From contig CP011392.1 in NCBI GenBank assembly GCA_001005265.1, forward strand, positions 1,111,902 through 1,175,901: 64,000 bases of DNA, written 5' to 3'. A model generated the notes under the pieces. It was given only the letters and a program-made list of their open reading frames with translations, ran no database searches and had not been told where the DNA came from. Made by a program: the position numbers and the translations under genes. This DNA comes from Dehalogenimonas sp. WBC-2 (GTDB lineage Bacteria; Chloroflexota; Dehalococcoidia; Dehalococcoidales; Dehalococcoidaceae). Numbering within the stretch: the stretch's first letter is position 1; each line of letters begins with the position of its first letter. Positions 35,633 through 46,682 of this stretch are shown here, piece after piece.

Positions 35633-37855
35633 TTGAAAAAGGATTTACTTGAAGGCTTGAACCCTGCCCAGCGAAAAGCCGCCGAGGCTATAAATGGCCC
35701 GGTGCTCATTCTTGCCGGCCCCGGCTCGGGCAAAACCCGGGTTATCACTTTCCGGATCGCTTATCTGGTACAGGTGGTGGGCATAAACCCTCATCGAATA
35801 CTGGCGGTGACCTTTACCAATAAGGCAGCGCGGGAAATGCGGGAGCGTCTGGAAAAACTGACGCCCGGCTCGGTAAACGACATGACCATGGGCACTTTCC
35901 ATGCCATCTGCGCCGGTATACTCCGGCGTGATGGTGAAGCCATCGGCATCGGGCGGGAGTTCGTCATCTTTGATGCCGATGACCAGGAAAAACTCCTGAA
36001 ACAGGCGGCCATCGAGAATGATATCGACCCTAAAAAGTTCCCGCTGAAAAAGATTGCCGGTGTCATCAGTCAAGCCAAAAGTCAAATGTTGACCCCCGAA
36101 CAGTTCCAGAATCAAGCCAAGAGTTATTTTGAGGAAATCGTGTCCCGTATGTATGAGCGTTACGAGAAAATGCTCCATCAGAACAATGCGTTAGATTTCG
36201 ATGACCTGCTCCTAAAGACTGTCTTTCTTTTCAAGCGCCAGCCGCATATATTGAAACGTTACCAGGAACGCTACCTTCATATCATGGTTGACGAGTTCCA
36301 GGATACTAACCTGGTTCAATATGAACTGGTAAAATTATTGGCCGCCCAACACCGCAATATCGCCGTAGTCGGCGATCCCGACCAATCCATCTATTCCTGG
36401 CGGGCTGCAGACCTCAGAAATGTCTTCAACTTTGAGCGGGACTTCTCTGACACTCAAGTTTATTATTTGGAACAGAACTACCGCTCCACAGCTAAAATCC
36501 TGGAGGCCGCTTCCGGCATTATCGCCGATAACCGCGCCCGCAAGGACATTAAGCTGTGGACCGAAAATGAGTCCGGCGCGCCAGTATGCCTCATTGAAGC
36601 CTACAATGAACAGGAAGAAGCTCAGATGGTGGTACGTGAGGCCGAACGTCTGACTGCCTCCGGGAATTATCGCCTGGCTGATTTGGCCGTTCTGTACCGG
36701 ACAAACGCTCAAAGCCGCGCCTTGGAAGAAGCCTTTATTCGCTACGGAGTACCCTACAAGCTGGTGGCCGGTACCCGCTTCTATGAACGCCGTGAAGTTA
36801 AGGATCTTATTGCATATTTCCGCCTGATTCATAATCCCGCAGACAGCATCAGCCTGGCACGCATTATCAATGTTCCACCGCGTGGACTGGGCGAGCGTTC
36901 TATCCAGGAGATGCAGACCTGGGCCCGAGTAAAAGATATCTCCTTCTATGAAGCACTCAAACTATCTGCCTCTGGCATTGACAAACCACCGCTTAACTCC
37001 CGCGCTCTAGCCTCATTTGATATTTTTTTTAGCACTATCAGGTCATTCATAGATGCTAGTAATCACAGTCCTGTGCTGGAGTTATTTGACCTGGTGCTGG
37101 AAAAGAGTGGTTATCTGGCTTATTTGAAAACACAGCCAGATGGCGAGGAACGCCTTGAAAATATCGCCGAGTTACGCACCGTCACCGAGCAGTTCAATAA
37201 TCTGCCACCGGGTGAAGCCCTGTCCCCCTTTCTGGAAAGCGTCAGCCTGGTTTCCGACGTTGACACTTTAGAAGAGACCGAAGGGGGCGTAACACTGATC
37301 ACCCTGCACCAGGCCAAGGGACTTGAGTTTCCAGTGGTATTCATCGTCGGTCTGGAAGAGGGCGTGCTGCCGCACTTCCGCTCCCTTGATGACCCAACTC
37401 AGATGGAAGAGGAGAGACGATTGTGCTACGTTGGCGTCACTCGCGCCAAGCAACGGTTGTATCTTCTGCGCGCCTTCCGGCGCAGTCTGATGGGCAGCAG
37501 TATGACCAACCCGCCGTCGCGTTTTCTGGGAGCTCTTCCAGCACACTTAACAACAGAAATGGGTATCCGGGAGGAGACACCTAAACCGCAACCGGTACAA
37601 CAAAAGAAACTTTATGAATATGCCGCTCATCCGCCTCAGCCTCAGGTGGAAAGCCGCCGCCCGGTGACTCCATCCGGCACTAAACCATCTGCACCGCCGC
37701 TTAAAACCGGGGATAAGGTCAGTCATCCTGTCTTCGGTGACGGAGTGGTTATCAGCACTCTTCCTGTCAAAAGCGATTATGAAATTGTGGTCTCATTTAA
37801 AACAGAAGGCTTGAAGAAACTACTTTTGAGCTTTGCCAGGCTCACAAAGCTATAG
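35633..37855 (+). CDS. pcrA: ATP-dependent DNA helicase PcrA/UvrD
   Basis: LLEGLNPAQRKAAEAINGPVLILAGPGSGKTRV, MVDEFQDTN, YRSTAKIL, TLHQAKGLEFPVVFIVG, CYVGVTRAK, and a C-terminal Tudor-like tail GDKVSHPVFGDGVV. Confidence 0.93.
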   Translation: MKKDLLEGLNPAQRKAAEAINGPVLILAGPGSGKTRVITFRIAYLVQVVGINPHRILAVTFTNKAAREMRERLEKLTPGSVNDMTMGTFHAICAGILRRDGEAIGIGREFVIFDADDQEKLLKQAAIENDIDPKKFPLKKIAGVISQAKSQMLTPEQFQNQAKSYFEEIVSRMYERYEKMLHQNNALDFDDLLLKTVFLFKRQPHILKRYQERYLHIMVDEFQDTNLVQYELVKLLAAQHRNIAVVGDPDQSIYSWRAADLRNVFNFERDFSDTQVYYLEQNYRSTAKILEAASGIIADNRARKDIKLWTENESGAPVCLIEAYNEQEEAQMVVREAERLTASGNYRLADLAVLYRTNAQSRALEEAFIRYGVPYKLVAGTRFYERREVKDLIAYFRLIHNPADSISLARIINVPPRGLGERSIQEMQTWARVKDISFYEALKLSASGIDKPPLNSRALASFDIFFSTIRSFIDASNHSPVLELFDLVLEKSGYLAYLKTQPDGEERLENIAELRTVTEQFNNLPPGEALSPFLESVSLVSDVDTLEETEGGVTLITLHQAKGLEFPVVFIVGLEEGVLPHFRSLDDPTQMEEERRLCYVGVTRAKQRLYLLRAFRRSLMGSSMTNPPSRFLGALPAHLTTEMGIREETPKPQPVQQKKLYEYAAHPPQPQVESRRPVTPSGTKPSAPPLKTGDKVSHPVFGDGVVISTLPVKSDYEIVVSFKTEGLKKLLLSFARLTKL

Positions 37856-37956
37856 ACCTTCAAGCCAGCAATTCAAATAATAATATCCTATCATCAGAAG
37901 TACTATTGACTACGGCTTATGTCCTTGTCATCTTAATCCTGTGGGGTAAAGAATAG

Positions 37957-38088
37957 ATGACTGTGCCTTTTGAGAAACTCCTGGAATTCATCGTTGCCAG
38001 GAAGGCCACTGACCTCTAACTGACCGTAACTGTGCTGCGTATTGATGGTGAATTGATTCCGTTACCGGAAATTCCGCCATTAGTATAA
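37957..38088 (+). pseudogene. Remnant of a pilT-like (type IV pilus retraction ATPase) N-terminus
   Basis: Reads MTVPFEKLLEFIVARKATDL*LTVTVLRIDGELIPLPEIPPLV*. It mimics the PilT N-terminus (...ASDLHL..G..P..RIDGEL) but has an in-frame TAA where His is expected and stops after about 43 codons. Confidence 0.45.
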
Positions 38089-38174
38089 AGCGAGAAGAAT
38101 CGGACTTGCGAACATATTTCTCTTGCCTATAGTCGTTCACCCTGATATAATAATCACAATTTAATAAGCATCCT

Positions 38175-38263
38175 ACCTTTAACAAACAGTCCTGTGAGGC
38201 TGGCAAGGGAGAGCGGAAATAACGTGTGTACCTCTTGCTGGCAAGGTTGGCGAGAGGTTTTTT
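38175..38263 (+). promoter_or_regulatory. PyrR-binding anti-antiterminator hairpin plus intrinsic terminator (pyr attenuator)
   Basis: CCTTTAAcaaacAGTCCTGTGAGGCTggcAAGG (38175-38208) fits the PyrR RNA site (UUUAA...AGUCCAGAGAGGCU...AAGG). The terminator CCTCTTGC...GCGAGAGG plus TTTTTT (38231-38263) ends 2 nt before the pyrR ATG. Confidence 0.8.
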
Positions 38264-38264
38264 A

Positions 38265-38801
38265 ATGCCTTTAAAAACGGTAATGATCACTGAAGACATT
38301 CGGCGAACGCTGTCACGCATCGCCCACGAAATAACTGAGCGCAACAAAAACACTGAATCACTGGTGCTTGTTGGTATGCAGACCCGCGGCGTACCGCTAG
38401 CCAACCGCCTGGCTGCCCTTATAAGTGAATTCGAACATGTTAAAGTGCCGGTAGGTTCGCTTGATTTCTCCCTTTACCGTGATGATCTTAACCGCCGGAA
38501 TTTCAATCCACAGGTTAAATCCACAGACATACCGGTCAACATTGATAATAAAATCATCATCCTGGTGGATGACGTGCTCTATACCGGCCGCTCTACCCGT
38601 GCCGCCATGGATGCGCTTATTGATTTTGGGCGGCCGCAAGTTATCCAACTGGCGGTACTTATTGATCGCGGCCATCGGGAATTACCCATCCGCGCCGACT
38701 ATGTTGGTAAAAACATTCCTTCCGCCGCCACTGAAGAAATTAGGGTGAAACTGGCTGAAACTGACGAAATAGATGAAGTATTGATTGCAACAGGTGAATA
38801 G
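38265..38801 (+). CDS. pyrR: Bifunctional pyr operon regulator / uracil phosphoribosyltransferase PyrR
   Basis: [24 protein letters not shown].. and the PRPP-binding loop [18 protein letters not shown]. Confidence 0.93.
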   Translation: MPLKTVMITEDIRRTLSRIAHEITERNKNTESLVLVGMQTRGVPLANRLAALISEFEHVKVPVGSLDFSLYRDDLNRRNFNPQVKSTDIPVNIDNKIIILVDDVLYTGRSTRAAMDALIDFGRPQVIQLAVLIDRGHRELPIRADYVGKNIPSAATEEIRVKLAETDEIDEVLIATGE

Positions 38802-38802
38802 T

Positions 38803-39774
38803 ATGAAGAACGATACACCAGCAGCGAGTGCTACAGGCTGGAGTCACCGCCATTTGCTAGACGTGGATGATTTCACGCCGCAGGAGTTTGAACTGGTGTT
38901 CAAAACCACCGACGCCATGAGTGAAATACTTTCCCGTCCCATTAAGAAGGTGCCGGCACTTCGCGGACAAACAGTGGTCAATCTCTTCTATGAGAACAGC
39001 ACCCGCACCCGTGCCTCTTTTGAGATTGCCGCCAAGAATCTGTCTGCAGATGTCTTAAATGTCACTGCCTCTGCTTCAAGTGTGGCCAAGGGTGAAAGCC
39101 TTATCGATACACTTAAGACACTGGAGGCACTCGGGGCCAACATAATAGTCATGCGCCACCAGTTCTCCGGCGCGCCTAACCTGGCCGCCAGATACAGCAA
39201 GGCCAACATCATCAACGCCGGCGACGGCTGGCACGCCCACCCAACCCAGGCACTGCTTGACCTGTACACTATCAGGCAACACAAGAGGAATCTGAAGGGA
39301 CTCAAGGCAGCTATTATCGGTGATGTCCGTCACAGCCGGGTGGCCCACTCTAATATCTGGGGTATGACACGCCTTGGTATGGAAGTTACCCTGTGCGGAC
39401 CTCCGACGCTGTTACCATACGGCCTCAATAGCGGTGATTATTTCCCCCGGATAACACTCGAATCCAACATCGAAAAAGCTCTGGATGGAGCCGATGTGGT
39501 CATGGCTTTAAGGCTTCAACGGGAACGCCAGCAAAGTGGCCTCCTGCCGTCTGTGCGAGAATATGTCCAACGCTACCAGATCACACCTGAACGCCTCAAG
39601 CGTGCGGCTAAAGATGTCCTGGTAATGCACCCGGGCCCGGTTAATGAAGATGTCGAACTGGCTGCTGAATCGGCCTACGGCCAAAGATCGGTAATAAGTG
39701 AACAAGTCCAAAACGGCGTAGCGGTACGCATGGCCATCTTATATCTTTTAAGCGGCAGGCAGAGCGAACTATGA
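38803..39774 (+). CDS. pyrB: Aspartate carbamoyltransferase catalytic subunit
   Basis: [13 protein letters not shown] (STRTR carbamoyl-phosphate motif) and [14 protein letters not shown] ribosome-binding site before ATG 38803. Confidence 0.95.
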   Translation: MKNDTPAASATGWSHRHLLDVDDFTPQEFELVFKTTDAMSEILSRPIKKVPALRGQTVVNLFYENSTRTRASFEIAAKNLSADVLNVTASASSVAKGESLIDTLKTLEALGANIIVMRHQFSGAPNLAARYSKANIINAGDGWHAHPTQALLDLYTIRQHKRNLKGLKAAIIGDVRHSRVAHSNIWGMTRLGMEVTLCGPPTLLPYGLNSGDYFPRITLESNIEKALDGADVVMALRLQRERQQSGLLPSVREYVQRYQITPERLKRAAKDVLVMHPGPVNEDVELAAESAYGQRSVISEQVQNGVAVRMAILYLLSGRQSEL

Positions 39775-41072
39775 AAAACATCTTGATAAAGAACGGACAT
39801 CTCATTGATCCGGCTCAGGGCATTGACGGCAAGTTCAACATAACTGTCACTGACGGTAAGATCGCCTGGGTAGGCAAAGGCGAACCTCCTCAAGGTAATT
39901 ATGAGACCATTGATGTCATCGGACACACGGTCACTCCAGGCTTTATAGACCTGCATACCCATTTACGCCAACCTGGTTTTGAAAATAAAGAAACTATAGC
40001 CAGCGGGACAAAAGCTGCGGCACGCGGCGGTTTCACTACAGTCTGCGCCATGCCGAATACCAACCCTGTCATCGACAATCGCCCAACTATAGATTATGTC
40101 AACTCTGTCGCTTTAAATGAGGCGATTGTGAGGGTCTTACCCATTGGATGCATCACCAAAGGACGCCTAGGTGAAAGCCTGGCCAATCTGGCTGAAATGG
40201 CTGACGCAGGAGTCATCGGTTTTTCTGATGACGGGTCGAGTGTCCCAGGTGCAAGGCTGCTCAAGCAAGCCATGGAATACTGTACCGCCCTTGGACTACC
40301 GATCATCGAGCACTGTGAGGATCTCAGCCTCGCCGAAGGCGGTCAGGTAAATGAAGGCCTTATCGCCACAAGGCTGGGGTTAGCCGGCATACCCAATGCC
40401 GCAGAGGACATCATCGTTGCCCGTGATATCTCCCTGGCCAGGCTGACCGGAGCACGGCTGCATCTATGCCACATTAGCACCAGAGGCGCCGTCGAACTTA
40501 TCCGGCAGGCCAAAACCAATGGAGTTAAAGTGACCGCCGAGGTCACCCCACACCACCTCACCCTAACCCAGGAGCGAGCGCTAGGTTATGACACCAGCGC
40601 CAAGGTGAACCCGCCATTACGGACACAAGCCGATATAGATGCCCTTGTTGAAGGACTTTCAGACGGCACACTTGATGCCATTGCCACCGACCATGCCCCC
40701 CATACCGATACTGACAAGTGCTGTGAGTTCGCATTGGCGCCATTCGGTATCTCGGGACTAGAAACGGCCTTTGGCAGTCTAATGAAACTGGTACACGGCG
40801 GCAAGCTGCCGCTGCCTGTGATCATTGAGAAATTGACCGCCGCGCCGGCACAAATCATCGGTGATAAACACGGCATCAGCGGCAGTCTTAAGTTGGGCGA
40901 TCCGGCCGACATCGTCATCTTCAACCCAGATGTCGAATGGGTGGTTGATACAACCAAATTCGTCTCCAAAGGCAGGAATACTCCTTTAGCGGGAGAAACC
41001 CTTAAAGGTAAGGTTATAATGACCATCTTCGGCGGCAATATCGTATTTCAGGAAGAGTTGAAAGGACACTAA
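39771..41072 (+). CDS. pyrC: Dihydroorotase
   Basis: [13 protein letters not shown] (HxH metal site), the ATDHAPH motif, 433 aa. Confidence 0.93.
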   Translation: MKNILIKNGHLIDPAQGIDGKFNITVTDGKIAWVGKGEPPQGNYETIDVIGHTVTPGFIDLHTHLRQPGFENKETIASGTKAAARGGFTTVCAMPNTNPVIDNRPTIDYVNSVALNEAIVRVLPIGCITKGRLGESLANLAEMADAGVIGFSDDGSSVPGARLLKQAMEYCTALGLPIIEHCEDLSLAEGGQVNEGLIATRLGLAGIPNAAEDIIVARDISLARLTGARLHLCHISTRGAVELIRQAKTNGVKVTAEVTPHHLTLTQERALGYDTSAKVNPPLRTQADIDALVEGLSDGTLDAIATDHAPHTDTDKCCEFALAPFGISGLETAFGSLMKLVHGGKLPLPVIIEKLTAAPAQIIGDKHGISGSLKLGDPADIVIFNPDVEWVVDTTKFVSKGRNTPLAGETLKGKVIMTIFGGNIVFQEELKGH

Positions 41073-42173
41073 ATGACCAAACGCGGCATACTGGTACTGG
41101 CCGATGGCTCAGTCTTTGAAGGCAACAGCTTCGGAGCAGAGAAAGACGCTTTCGGCGAGGTAGTCTTTGCCACCAGTATGACCGGCTATCAGGAAATGCT
41201 GACTGATCCCTCCTTTGCCGGGCAGATTCTGATACCTACTTACCCTCTTATCGGCAATTATGGCGTCAACCCTGCCGACATTGAATCAAACCGTCTCCAG
41301 GTGCGGGGATTTGTGGTGCGGGAGGTATGCTCCGAACCCAGTAATTACCAGTGCGCCGATACCATCAATGATTATCTTATACGTGGCGATACCCCGGGTA
41401 TTTGGGGTCTGGATACCCGCGCTATCACCCGCAAGCTGCGCTGCCACGGCGTCATGATGGGCATGATCACCAGCGACAAGACACCAGGACAGGCTCTGGA
41501 ACTGCTGAGAACCGCTCCGGATTATAGTGCCACTGATTTTGTGAAAGAAGTCAGCACCAGGGAACCATACGAGTGGGATGCTGAGAATCTACCCACCAGT
41601 GCCCCGCGCGTTGTCCTGTTAGACTTGGGCTGTAAATTCAATATTATGCGCATCCTAAAAGATCTCGGTTGCCGTGTAACCGTTTTTCCATGCACCACCA
41701 CCGCCAGCGATATGCTTTCAATTAACCCCGACGGGATAATGCTTTCACCTGGCCCCGGTGACCCGGAACTCCTGGACTACGCCGCTGAGACGGTAAAAGG
41801 TCTCATCGATAGCCGCAAACCTATCATGGGCATTTGCCTGGGTAATCAACTTGTGGCCAAAGCCTTCGGCGGGCGCAATTTCAAGCTTAAATTCGGCCAC
41901 CGCGGCGGTAATCACCCGGTTAAAGACCTGCTCAATGGCCGTATCCATATCACCTCCCAGAACCACGGCTATGCCGTTGACCCTGAATCCATCCAAGGCA
42001 GCGGTCTGGAAATAACTCACATCAACCTCAACGACGGTACGGTTGAAGGCATGCGACACCGGACACTACCAATCTTTACCATCCAGTATCACAGTGAGGC
42101 ATCTCCCGGGCCGCTGGACAATATCTACTTATTTGAACAATTCATGCGTATGATGGGAGCTTCCTCCAGATGA
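41073..42173 (+). CDS. carA: Carbamoyl-phosphate synthase small (glutaminase) subunit
   Basis: GICLGNQL catalytic Cys elbow, and [10 protein letters not shown] with His/Glu of the GATase triad. Confidence 0.95.
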   Translation: MTKRGILVLADGSVFEGNSFGAEKDAFGEVVFATSMTGYQEMLTDPSFAGQILIPTYPLIGNYGVNPADIESNRLQVRGFVVREVCSEPSNYQCADTINDYLIRGDTPGIWGLDTRAITRKLRCHGVMMGMITSDKTPGQALELLRTAPDYSATDFVKEVSTREPYEWDAENLPTSAPRVVLLDLGCKFNIMRILKDLGCRVTVFPCTTTASDMLSINPDGIMLSPGPGDPELLDYAAETVKGLIDSRKPIMGICLGNQLVAKAFGGRNFKLKFGHRGGNHPVKDLLNGRIHITSQNHGYAVDPESIQGSGLEITHINLNDGTVEGMRHRTLPIFTIQYHSEASPGPLDNIYLFEQFMRMMGASSR

Positions 42174-45100
42174 CCAAACCTTCTAAAGTCCTGATCATCG
42201 GCAGCGGTCCCATTATCATCGGCCAGGCGGCAGAATTCGACTACGCTGGCACCCAGGCATGCAAAGCCATGCGCGAGGAAGGCGTCATCTCGGTCCTGAT
42301 TAACTCCAACCCCGCTACCATCATGACCGATGAAGAGATCGCGGATATCGTTTATATTGAACCGCTGACAGTTGAATCAGTGTCACGTATTATCGAACGT
42401 GAACGACCCGACGGGCTGTTGCCAACGCTGGGCGGACAGACTGGTCTCAACTTGGCTATTGAACTGTCAGATGCCGGAGTATTGGAAAAATATAACGTCC
42501 GGGTTCTCGGCACACCTATTGAAACCATCCGCAAGGCTGAAGACCGGGAGTTATTCAAGTGTTTACTGCTGTCAATTGATGAACATGTAGCACCGTCACG
42601 CACCGTGACTGACGTAGCCGCAGCCAGGCAAGTGGCCGTAGAGTTGGGATTACCCCTAATCATCCGTCCCGCCTACACCATGGGCGGCACTGGTGGAGGC
42701 ATCGCCAGTAATATGGATGATTTTGATGAGATAGCCGCCGGAGGCATCGCCGCTTCTCCGATACACCAGATACTCATCGAAAAATCGTTGGCCGGCTGGA
42801 AAGAGATAGAGTACGAAGTAATGCGGGACGCCGCCAATAACTGCATTACCGTCTGTAACATGGAAAACTTTGATCCCGTAGGCATCCACACCGGTGATTC
42901 CATCGTCATTGCGCCATCGCAGACGCTCACCAACAAAGAGTACCAAATGCTACGGACAGCCAGTATCAAGATCATCCGGGCGCTTGGTATTGAAGGCGGC
43001 TGCAATATCCAATACGCCCTAGATCCGATAAGCGCCAATTATTATGTCATTGAGGTCAACCCCCGCGTGAGCCGCTCATCTGCCCTGGCATCAAAAGCTA
43101 CCGGTTATCCCATTGCCCGGGTGGCGGCCAAGATAGCCGTGGGTAAGACGCTTGACGAGATACCCAACGCCGTCACCGGTAAAACAGCGGCCTCCTTTGA
43201 ACCGGCACTGGACTATGTGGTAGTCAAGATCCCGCGTTGGCCGTTTGACAAGTTCGCCACCGGTGACCGTATTATCAACACTCAGATGAAAGCAACGGGT
43301 GAGGTCATGGCCATCGATCGCACTTTCGAGGCTGCTCTCCAGAAGGCGGTCAGGAGTCTGGAATTCGGTAAGAAATCAATACTGTGGGAAGACCCGGAAT
43401 GGGAACTGGGTGATGACATCTCAGGTTATCCCCTAAAACCCACTGATATCCGCCTCTGGTCTGTCATGGCAGCCTTGAGGCGCGGCATCACCCCCCTGCA
43501 AATCTTCGACGTAACTAAAATAGACCTGTGGTTCCTTAAAAAGCTGTTGAATATCGTCAGCATGGAAAAACGGCTGCTATCGGAGACACTGGGGCCGGAA
43601 CTGTTGCGCCAAGCCAAGCGTCTGGGCTTCGGTGATGAACAGATTGCCACCTTGGGCGACCGGTTGCCGGAACAGGTGCGGGAGCTGCGCAAGCAATGGA
43701 ATATTCTGCCGACTTATAAGATGGTGGACACCTGCGCCGCCGAGTTTGACGCTGAAACGCCCTATTTCTATTCAACATACGAATCTGAAAATGAAGCGAT
43801 ACCGGATGATTGCCAAAAAGCCTTGGTTATCGGTTCCGGCCCTATCCGCATCGGGCAGGGTATTGAATTCGACTATTGTTCGGTACACGCCGCCATGGCC
43901 CTGTCCAAAGCAGGCTATCAGTCTATCATGGCCAACTCCAACCCGGAGACAGTGTCGACCGATTTCGACACTTCAAACCGGTTGTATTTTGAACCGCTTG
44001 ACGCTGAAAGCGTCCGCGACATTCTGGATAACGAAAACCTTGGTTGCGCAAACCTCACCCCGTCAATTTGCCAGTTCGGCGGTCAGACCGCCATCAACAT
44101 GGCTGGCACGCTGACTCAAACCGGCAATCCAATTATCGGTTCAAGCGCCGAGACCATTGATCTGGCCGAAGATCGTCGCCGCTTTGAAGCCTTCCTGTCG
44201 GAACTGGATATTCCCCAGGCGCCGGGTGCCGGCGTCACCACACTGGACGAAGGCTTGAACGTAGCCAGCCTTATCGGCTATCCGGTGTTGGTGCGCCCCA
44301 GCTACGTGCTGGGCGGACGCGCCATGGAGATCGTTTATGACGCCACCGAATTGGTGCGTTTTATGAAACTGGCTATGGATCTGCAAACTGGCCATCCGAT
44401 ACTCATCGACAAGTACCTCATGGGCAAAGAGGTTGAGGTGGACGCCATCGCTGACGGTGAACGGGTGCTCATCCCAGGCATCATGGAACATATTGAACGC
44501 GCCGGGGTTCATTCCGGTGACTCAATGGCTGTTTATCCCGGTCTCGGGCTGACATCGGAAGAGACCGGCACCATTGTGGACTATACCAGCCGTATCGGGC
44601 TGGCGATGAACATCCGCGGATTGATGAATATTCAGTTTGTCATCACCAAAGAAGAAGGACACAGCAAAGTATATATCCTGGAAGTAAATCCTCGCGGCTC
44701 TCGCACCGTACCCTTTCTATCTAAGGTGACCGGTGTTCCCATGGTAGATGTCGCGGTCAATGTGATGCTCGGCAAAAAGCTCCAGGAACAGGGGTATGAT
44801 GGCGGTTTATGGCCACCGCAACCATTGGTAGCTATAAAAGCGCCTGTTTTTTCAATGTCCAAGCTTATCGGTGTCGATACTTACCTGGGGCCGGAAATGA
44901 AATCAACCGGTGAAGTCATGGGCATTGATCATGATTTCAACGGCGCACTCATCAAAGCGCTTATGGCTGCCGGTCTGTCACTACCGCCTGAAGGCAGTAT
45001 GCTATTATCCATTGCCGACCGCGACAAAGCTGAAGCACTGCCTATTATTCGAAAATTGCATGCTATAGGTTATAATCTCTATGCTACCGAGGGTACAGCC

Positions 45101-45391
45101 GCCATGATTGAAGTGGCCGGGTTGCCCGTAAAGCGTATTTCTAAAAAATTATCTGAAGGCCATCCTAATATCGTGGACATGGTTAGAAACGGAACGGTTA
45201 CCGGTGTCATCAACACCTCCACCGGCGGTCGCGTGCCGCTCAGGGATGGTTTCCATATTCGCCGCGCTGCCGCTGAGAAACGTGTTCCCTGCTTTACCTC
45301 CCTTGACACGGCCCGTGTAGCCATTGACGCCCTGGCCGACAGGGGCCACAATTACAGTATTAAATCAGTCCAGGAGTATCGTAATGGCTGA
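42170..45391 (+). CDS. carB: Carbamoyl-phosphate synthase large subunit
   Basis: 1073 aa. Duplicated ATP-grasp halves ([22 protein letters not shown] and [20 protein letters not shown]) and a C-terminal MGS-like domain. Confidence 0.97.
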   Translation: MTKPSKVLIIGSGPIIIGQAAEFDYAGTQACKAMREEGVISVLINSNPATIMTDEEIADIVYIEPLTVESVSRIIERERPDGLLPTLGGQTGLNLAIELSDAGVLEKYNVRVLGTPIETIRKAEDRELFKCLLLSIDEHVAPSRTVTDVAAARQVAVELGLPLIIRPAYTMGGTGGGIASNMDDFDEIAAGGIAASPIHQILIEKSLAGWKEIEYEVMRDAANNCITVCNMENFDPVGIHTGDSIVIAPSQTLTNKEYQMLRTASIKIIRALGIEGGCNIQYALDPISANYYVIEVNPRVSRSSALASKATGYPIARVAAKIAVGKTLDEIPNAVTGKTAASFEPALDYVVVKIPRWPFDKFATGDRIINTQMKATGEVMAIDRTFEAALQKAVRSLEFGKKSILWEDPEWELGDDISGYPLKPTDIRLWSVMAALRRGITPLQIFDVTKIDLWFLKKLLNIVSMEKRLLSETLGPELLRQAKRLGFGDEQIATLGDRLPEQVRELRKQWNILPTYKMVDTCAAEFDAETPYFYSTYESENEAIPDDCQKALVIGSGPIRIGQGIEFDYCSVHAAMALSKAGYQSIMANSNPETVSTDFDTSNRLYFEPLDAESVRDILDNENLGCANLTPSICQFGGQTAINMAGTLTQTGNPIIGSSAETIDLAEDRRRFEAFLSELDIPQAPGAGVTTLDEGLNVASLIGYPVLVRPSYVLGGRAMEIVYDATELVRFMKLAMDLQTGHPILIDKYLMGKEVEVDAIADGERVLIPGIMEHIERAGVHSGDSMAVYPGLGLTSEETGTIVDYTSRIGLAMNIRGLMNIQFVITKEEGHSKVYILEVNPRGSRTVPFLSKVTGVPMVDVAVNVMLGKKLQEQGYDGGLWPPQPLVAIKAPVFSMSKLIGVDTYLGPEMKSTGEVMGIDHDFNGALIKALMAAGLSLPPEGSMLLSIADRDKAEALPIIRKLHAIGYNLYATEGTAAMIEVAGLPVKRISKKLSEGHPNIVDMVRNGTVTGVINTSTGGRVPLRDGFHIRRAAAEKRVPCFTSLDTARVAIDALADRGHNYSIKSVQEYRNG

Positions 45392-46172
45392 GGCCAAACC
45401 ATTTCTAGGAACTGCCACGGTACTTTCAAACGATACCGTAATGCCCGGCGTCTTCCAACTGCGCCTCCTGTGCCCCAACATCGCCACAACCGCCAAACCT
45501 GGCCAGTTCGTCATGCTTAAATGCGGTGATAATCACTTGTTGCGGAGACCGATAAGTATCTCGGACGCTGACTCTTCCAGCGGTCAAATAGGTTTGCTCA
45601 TTGCCAGCATCGGTAAGGGTACCGGCTGGCTGGCGCGCCGCTCGCCCGGTGAAGAACTGGACATCCTCGGCCCGCTCGGTAATGGCTTTATCATTAATGA
45701 AAACGCCGGTAAATTGCTGCTCATCGGTGGCGGCATGGGCATTGCTCCACTCAATTTCCTGGCTAAAAAGGCGAGAGCGTCCGGCAAAAAGGTAACACTG
45801 GTGCTCGGTGCCCGCACCGGCGAACTCCTCTGTCCATCATCTCACCTACCGGAAGTGACGGAATGCGTCTTTTACACTGAAGACGCCTCAACAGGTATTC
45901 AGGGACGCGTTACAGACTGCCCCGACAACTACGTCGCTGAAGCTGCCCAGGTCTTTGCCTGCGGCCCGCTGCCGATGTACCGGGCGCTGGTGAAAGACCC
46001 CCGTTTCAGCACCAAATCAATGCAAATATCGCTGGAAGTCAGGATGGCTTGCGGCATAGGGCTATGCTACGGCTGCACCGTCAACACAAAACACGGCTTG
46101 AAACAGGTGTGCCAGGACGGCCCGGTATTCAAGATAGGCGACATCATCTGGGAAGAATTAGCCGACCTTTAG
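45384..46172 (+). CDS. pyrK: Dihydroorotate dehydrogenase electron-transfer subunit PyrK
   Basis: ATG at 45384 overlaps the carB stop (ATGGCTGA). FAD/NAD ferredoxin-reductase fold ([17 protein letters not shown]) and a C-terminal 2Fe-2S motif [11 protein letters not shown]. Confidence 0.9.
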   Translation: MAEAKPFLGTATVLSNDTVMPGVFQLRLLCPNIATTAKPGQFVMLKCGDNHLLRRPISISDADSSSGQIGLLIASIGKGTGWLARRSPGEELDILGPLGNGFIINENAGKLLLIGGGMGIAPLNFLAKKARASGKKVTLVLGARTGELLCPSSHLPEVTECVFYTEDASTGIQGRVTDCPDNYVAEAAQVFACGPLPMYRALVKDPRFSTKSMQISLEVRMACGIGLCYGCTVNTKHGLKQVCQDGPVFKIGDIIWEELADL

Positions 46173-46242
46173 TGCAAAAATCCAGAACATATTGGACTTC
46201 TCAAAGGCAGAGAATAAACCCTTAAAAAGTACCAAACCCCCA

Positions 46243-46271
46243 TTGACAGCCGATAGCACTGGTGTTAACAT
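46243..46271 (+). promoter_or_regulatory. Promoter module copy C (TTGACA-17 nt-TAACAT)
   Basis: accaaacccccattgaca plus the downstream gtatttgtattatttg shared with copy B. Followed by the AT-rich hairpin AAAACAACCGGTTGTTTT at 46332-46349. Confidence 0.5.
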
Positions 46272-46499
46272 GTGTTCTCTGTTTATTGATTTGTTAAAAA
46301 GAGTAAGTATTTGTATTATTTGTTTCTTCCGAAAACAACCGGTTGTTTTTGCCAGTTTTAATCGTAAAATAGGGAGGTTGTTTCAGTTGTTTTCACTCTC
46401 TGACCTGAAGACCGGACGTTAGTTGTAGTGACACACGGCACCTGTCCAGAGCGAAGAGTGGGATGCCGTATCCGCCTAGTCTGAAAGATTCAAAAAGTA

Positions 46500-46634
46500 T
46501 AACCTATACATCGTTGCGAAGAGAAAAACAGAACCTGTTCGGTTCCCTTTTATCATTCCAGGCAAAAGCGGAGAATCCACCAATACGTTCGCTCTGCCTG
46601 CCCTGAGCTAGCACTTGGGGACCCTGCCGATGAC
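46500..46634. repeat. REP-like repeat units
   Basis: Contains a degenerate gttgcgaag...ggttccc unit and aggcaaaagcggagaatccaccaatacgttcgctctgcctgccctgagctagcacttgggg. Closely related to 50089-50143 and 3401-3500. Confidence 0.75.
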
Positions 46635-46682
46635 TTTCCTCATTTATTCGTATTAATAAGGAGTGTAGCAAAGCGCTAGAAT

